Shown here in pieces: positions 62,523-64,000 of a stretch of DNA of 64,000 nt (its first letter is position 1; every line of letters starts with the position of its first letter). The notes under the pieces were generated by a model. That model worked only from the letters and a program-made list of their open reading frames with translations. It searched no databases and was not told the origin of the DNA. Source of the stretch: a virus (lineage: Duplodnaviria > Caudoviricetes); IMG/VR virus record IMGVR_UViG_3300032233_002382, positions 32,001-96,000 of that record; one strand, 5' to 3'. The translations under genes and the position numbers were made by a program.

Positions 62523-63256
62523 TGATCGATGTGTCGCTATGTATTCCATGCGGCGCAAAGCATGTGAAATACTTGCCTGCCGCCTTGAACTCTGTGCTTA
62601 CAGCTCCGGTGTTACCGGACGAGATCATAGTCTCGGTGTCTGGATGTGAAGACCAAGAATTGGTTCGCAGCATTCTTTCGTCTGTTAGCTTCCCTCGTTC
62701 TTTGGTCTTGAAAACCTTCATCTATCCTGAACAAAGAACGGCTGGACGAAATAGAAACGACTTGGCTGAGAAAGCGTCTTGCTCGATTATCTCATTCGTT
62801 GATGCTGATGACTGGTCTCATCCACAGCGAGTGTCCACTATAAAAAACATCTTTTTATCTGATGGCATTGTTCACCTCAATCATGGTCTAACATTATGTC
62901 CACCGCATCCTTACGATTCTTTCAGGTCGACGAAATATGATAGTGTCGAAATTATCGATTTAAAACCCGCTCGCGAATTTCTAGCGAAAATAGGCTCACC
63001 CAGACTAATGGGAGGTTACGGGAATTTTGAAAGAGTCCCAGGATGCCGTAATGATTTCGGCGTTCATAATGGAGCGGTAACCGTGCACAAAGATGTGTTT
63101 AAAAAGGTCAAGTTTAAGGAATCTCGCCGGGACTGGATCATAGCTGAAGACCAGGACTTTAACTATGAGGTTATGTTCCGATTTAATAAGTCGGTGCTTT
63201 GTCGAAATTCTCTTTATCTTTATAACCTTAGTGACCGGCTTAACGGAGGGTACTGA
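62480..63256 (+). CDS. GT2-like glycosyltransferase
   Basis: LNSVL..PDEIIVSVS, RNRN, SFVDADD..HPQR, EDQDF. Confidence 0.8.
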   Translation: MDSEVSLHDKDGLVMIDVSLCIPCGAKHVKYLPAALNSVLTAPVLPDEIIVSVSGCEDQELVRSILSSVSFPRSLVLKTFIYPEQRTAGRNRNDLAEKASCSIISFVDADDWSHPQRVSTIKNIFLSDGIVHLNHGLTLCPPHPYDSFRSTKYDSVEIIDLKPAREFLAKIGSPRLMGGYGNFERVPGCRNDFGVHNGAVTVHKDVFKKVKFKESRRDWIIAEDQDFNYEVMFRFNKSVLCRNSLYLYNLSDRLNGGY

Positions 63257-63933
63257 TGGAGAACGTTATTTATTGTTTCTGGACTGGGTCGAACCCCATG
63301 TCCGAAAATAGAAAGCGTTGCTTATACAGCATTTTAAATGCAGGGGTCGAAGTAAGACTTGTAACCCCACAGAATCTTTCAAATTACGTGCTTCCCGATC
63401 ATCCGCTACATAAGTCGTATGACTTACTAACGCCTGTTCACAAAGCGGACTACTTGAGAACTTACTTCATGCATTTTCATGGTGGCGGATACACTGATAT
63501 CAAGGAAACCAAGGTCTCATGGAAGCCGTACTTTGACCTCCTTAGGAATTCCGAGAAAGTATTGTGTGGATATAAAGAGGTAGGCCCTAATGGCGTAGCA
63601 GTTGTGGAAGAACCTCTTTATTCCTTTTTAAAGACAAAATGGGAAACGCTTCCAGGAAACTGCGCTTACATATGTAAACCTCGAAGCATCATAACTACGA
63701 AGTGGCTTCATCAGTGCGAACATATTCTGGATTTGAAGTATGAACTTCTATTAAAAAACCGGCCTACTGATTACCGAGACCACTACGAAAAACCTATGGG
63801 TAACTTCTTAAAATCCAACTATCCGCTTCGCTGGTCGGAGATTTTAGGTAGTGTGTTTCAGCCCATAGCCTATCTTCACAGGGATTTGGTGGACTTAAGC
63901 CTACCACCTCCAAATTTCAATGGTTATTGGTAA
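63256..63933 (+). CDS. GT32 / capsular-polysaccharide-synthesis-like glycosyltransferase
   Basis: IYCFWTG, HKADYLR.YFMHFHGGGYTDIK. Confidence 0.85.
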   Translation: MENVIYCFWTGSNPMSENRKRCLYSILNAGVEVRLVTPQNLSNYVLPDHPLHKSYDLLTPVHKADYLRTYFMHFHGGGYTDIKETKVSWKPYFDLLRNSEKVLCGYKEVGPNGVAVVEEPLYSFLKTKWETLPGNCAYICKPRSIITTKWLHQCEHILDLKYELLLKNRPTDYRDHYEKPMGNFLKSNYPLRWSEILGSVFQPIAYLHRDLVDLSLPPPNFNGYW

Positions 63934-64000
63934 CCGTTATAACCAATAAGACTTCGGAGGCAATTGATCATGACACAGAATGAGCTGAAGCAGATTTCAA

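Noticed and set aside
55240-63933. Eukaryotic giant virus (NCLDV) origin of the window
   Set aside because: SD motifs, overlapping operons, a sigma factor and CCA-encoding bacterial tRNAs indicate a bacteriophage.
1-64000. Stop-codon reassignment
   Set aside because: Known enzymes are full length under code 11 and end in TAA, TAG or TGA; no suppressor tRNA is present.

Overview
A 64-kb segment of a large (jumbo-type) dsDNA bacteriophage genome. Support: dense small ORFs with Shine-Dalgarno sites and ATGA overlaps, a phage sigma70-family factor, 9 tRNAs with encoded CCA, an HNH endonuclease, an ATP-dependent DNA ligase, a MoxR-AAA plus VWA/peptidase pair, tilS, purB, SOD and a terminal glycosylation island. 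No capsid or terminase genes are visible. GC-rich patches suggest a high-GC host (myxobacterium-like; inference only). Three pervasive sequence codes stand out. (1) About 45 otherwise unrelated proteins end in the same C-terminal tag, [VAI]xx[VIL][HMQ]x[SAE]-stop, including about 17 diversified H/C zinc-finger miniproteins. (2) A fixed-geometry intergenic element, GGA(A/G)(G/A)T-N13-CGT-N7-GTGG, occurs 30 times directly upstream of genes. (3) A family of N-terminal leaders (long PSxLSxxLRxIAxxIxxSKxPSxxLVxxD; short [IV]AxRI[AS]) is fused to unrelated cargo, including SOD, a nucleotidyltransferase and a ParB-like domain. Candidate structured ncRNAs in the tRNA cluster and a candidate replication origin (51.2-52.4 kb) are also present. 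All functional calls come from motif recognition by eye; no database searches were run.
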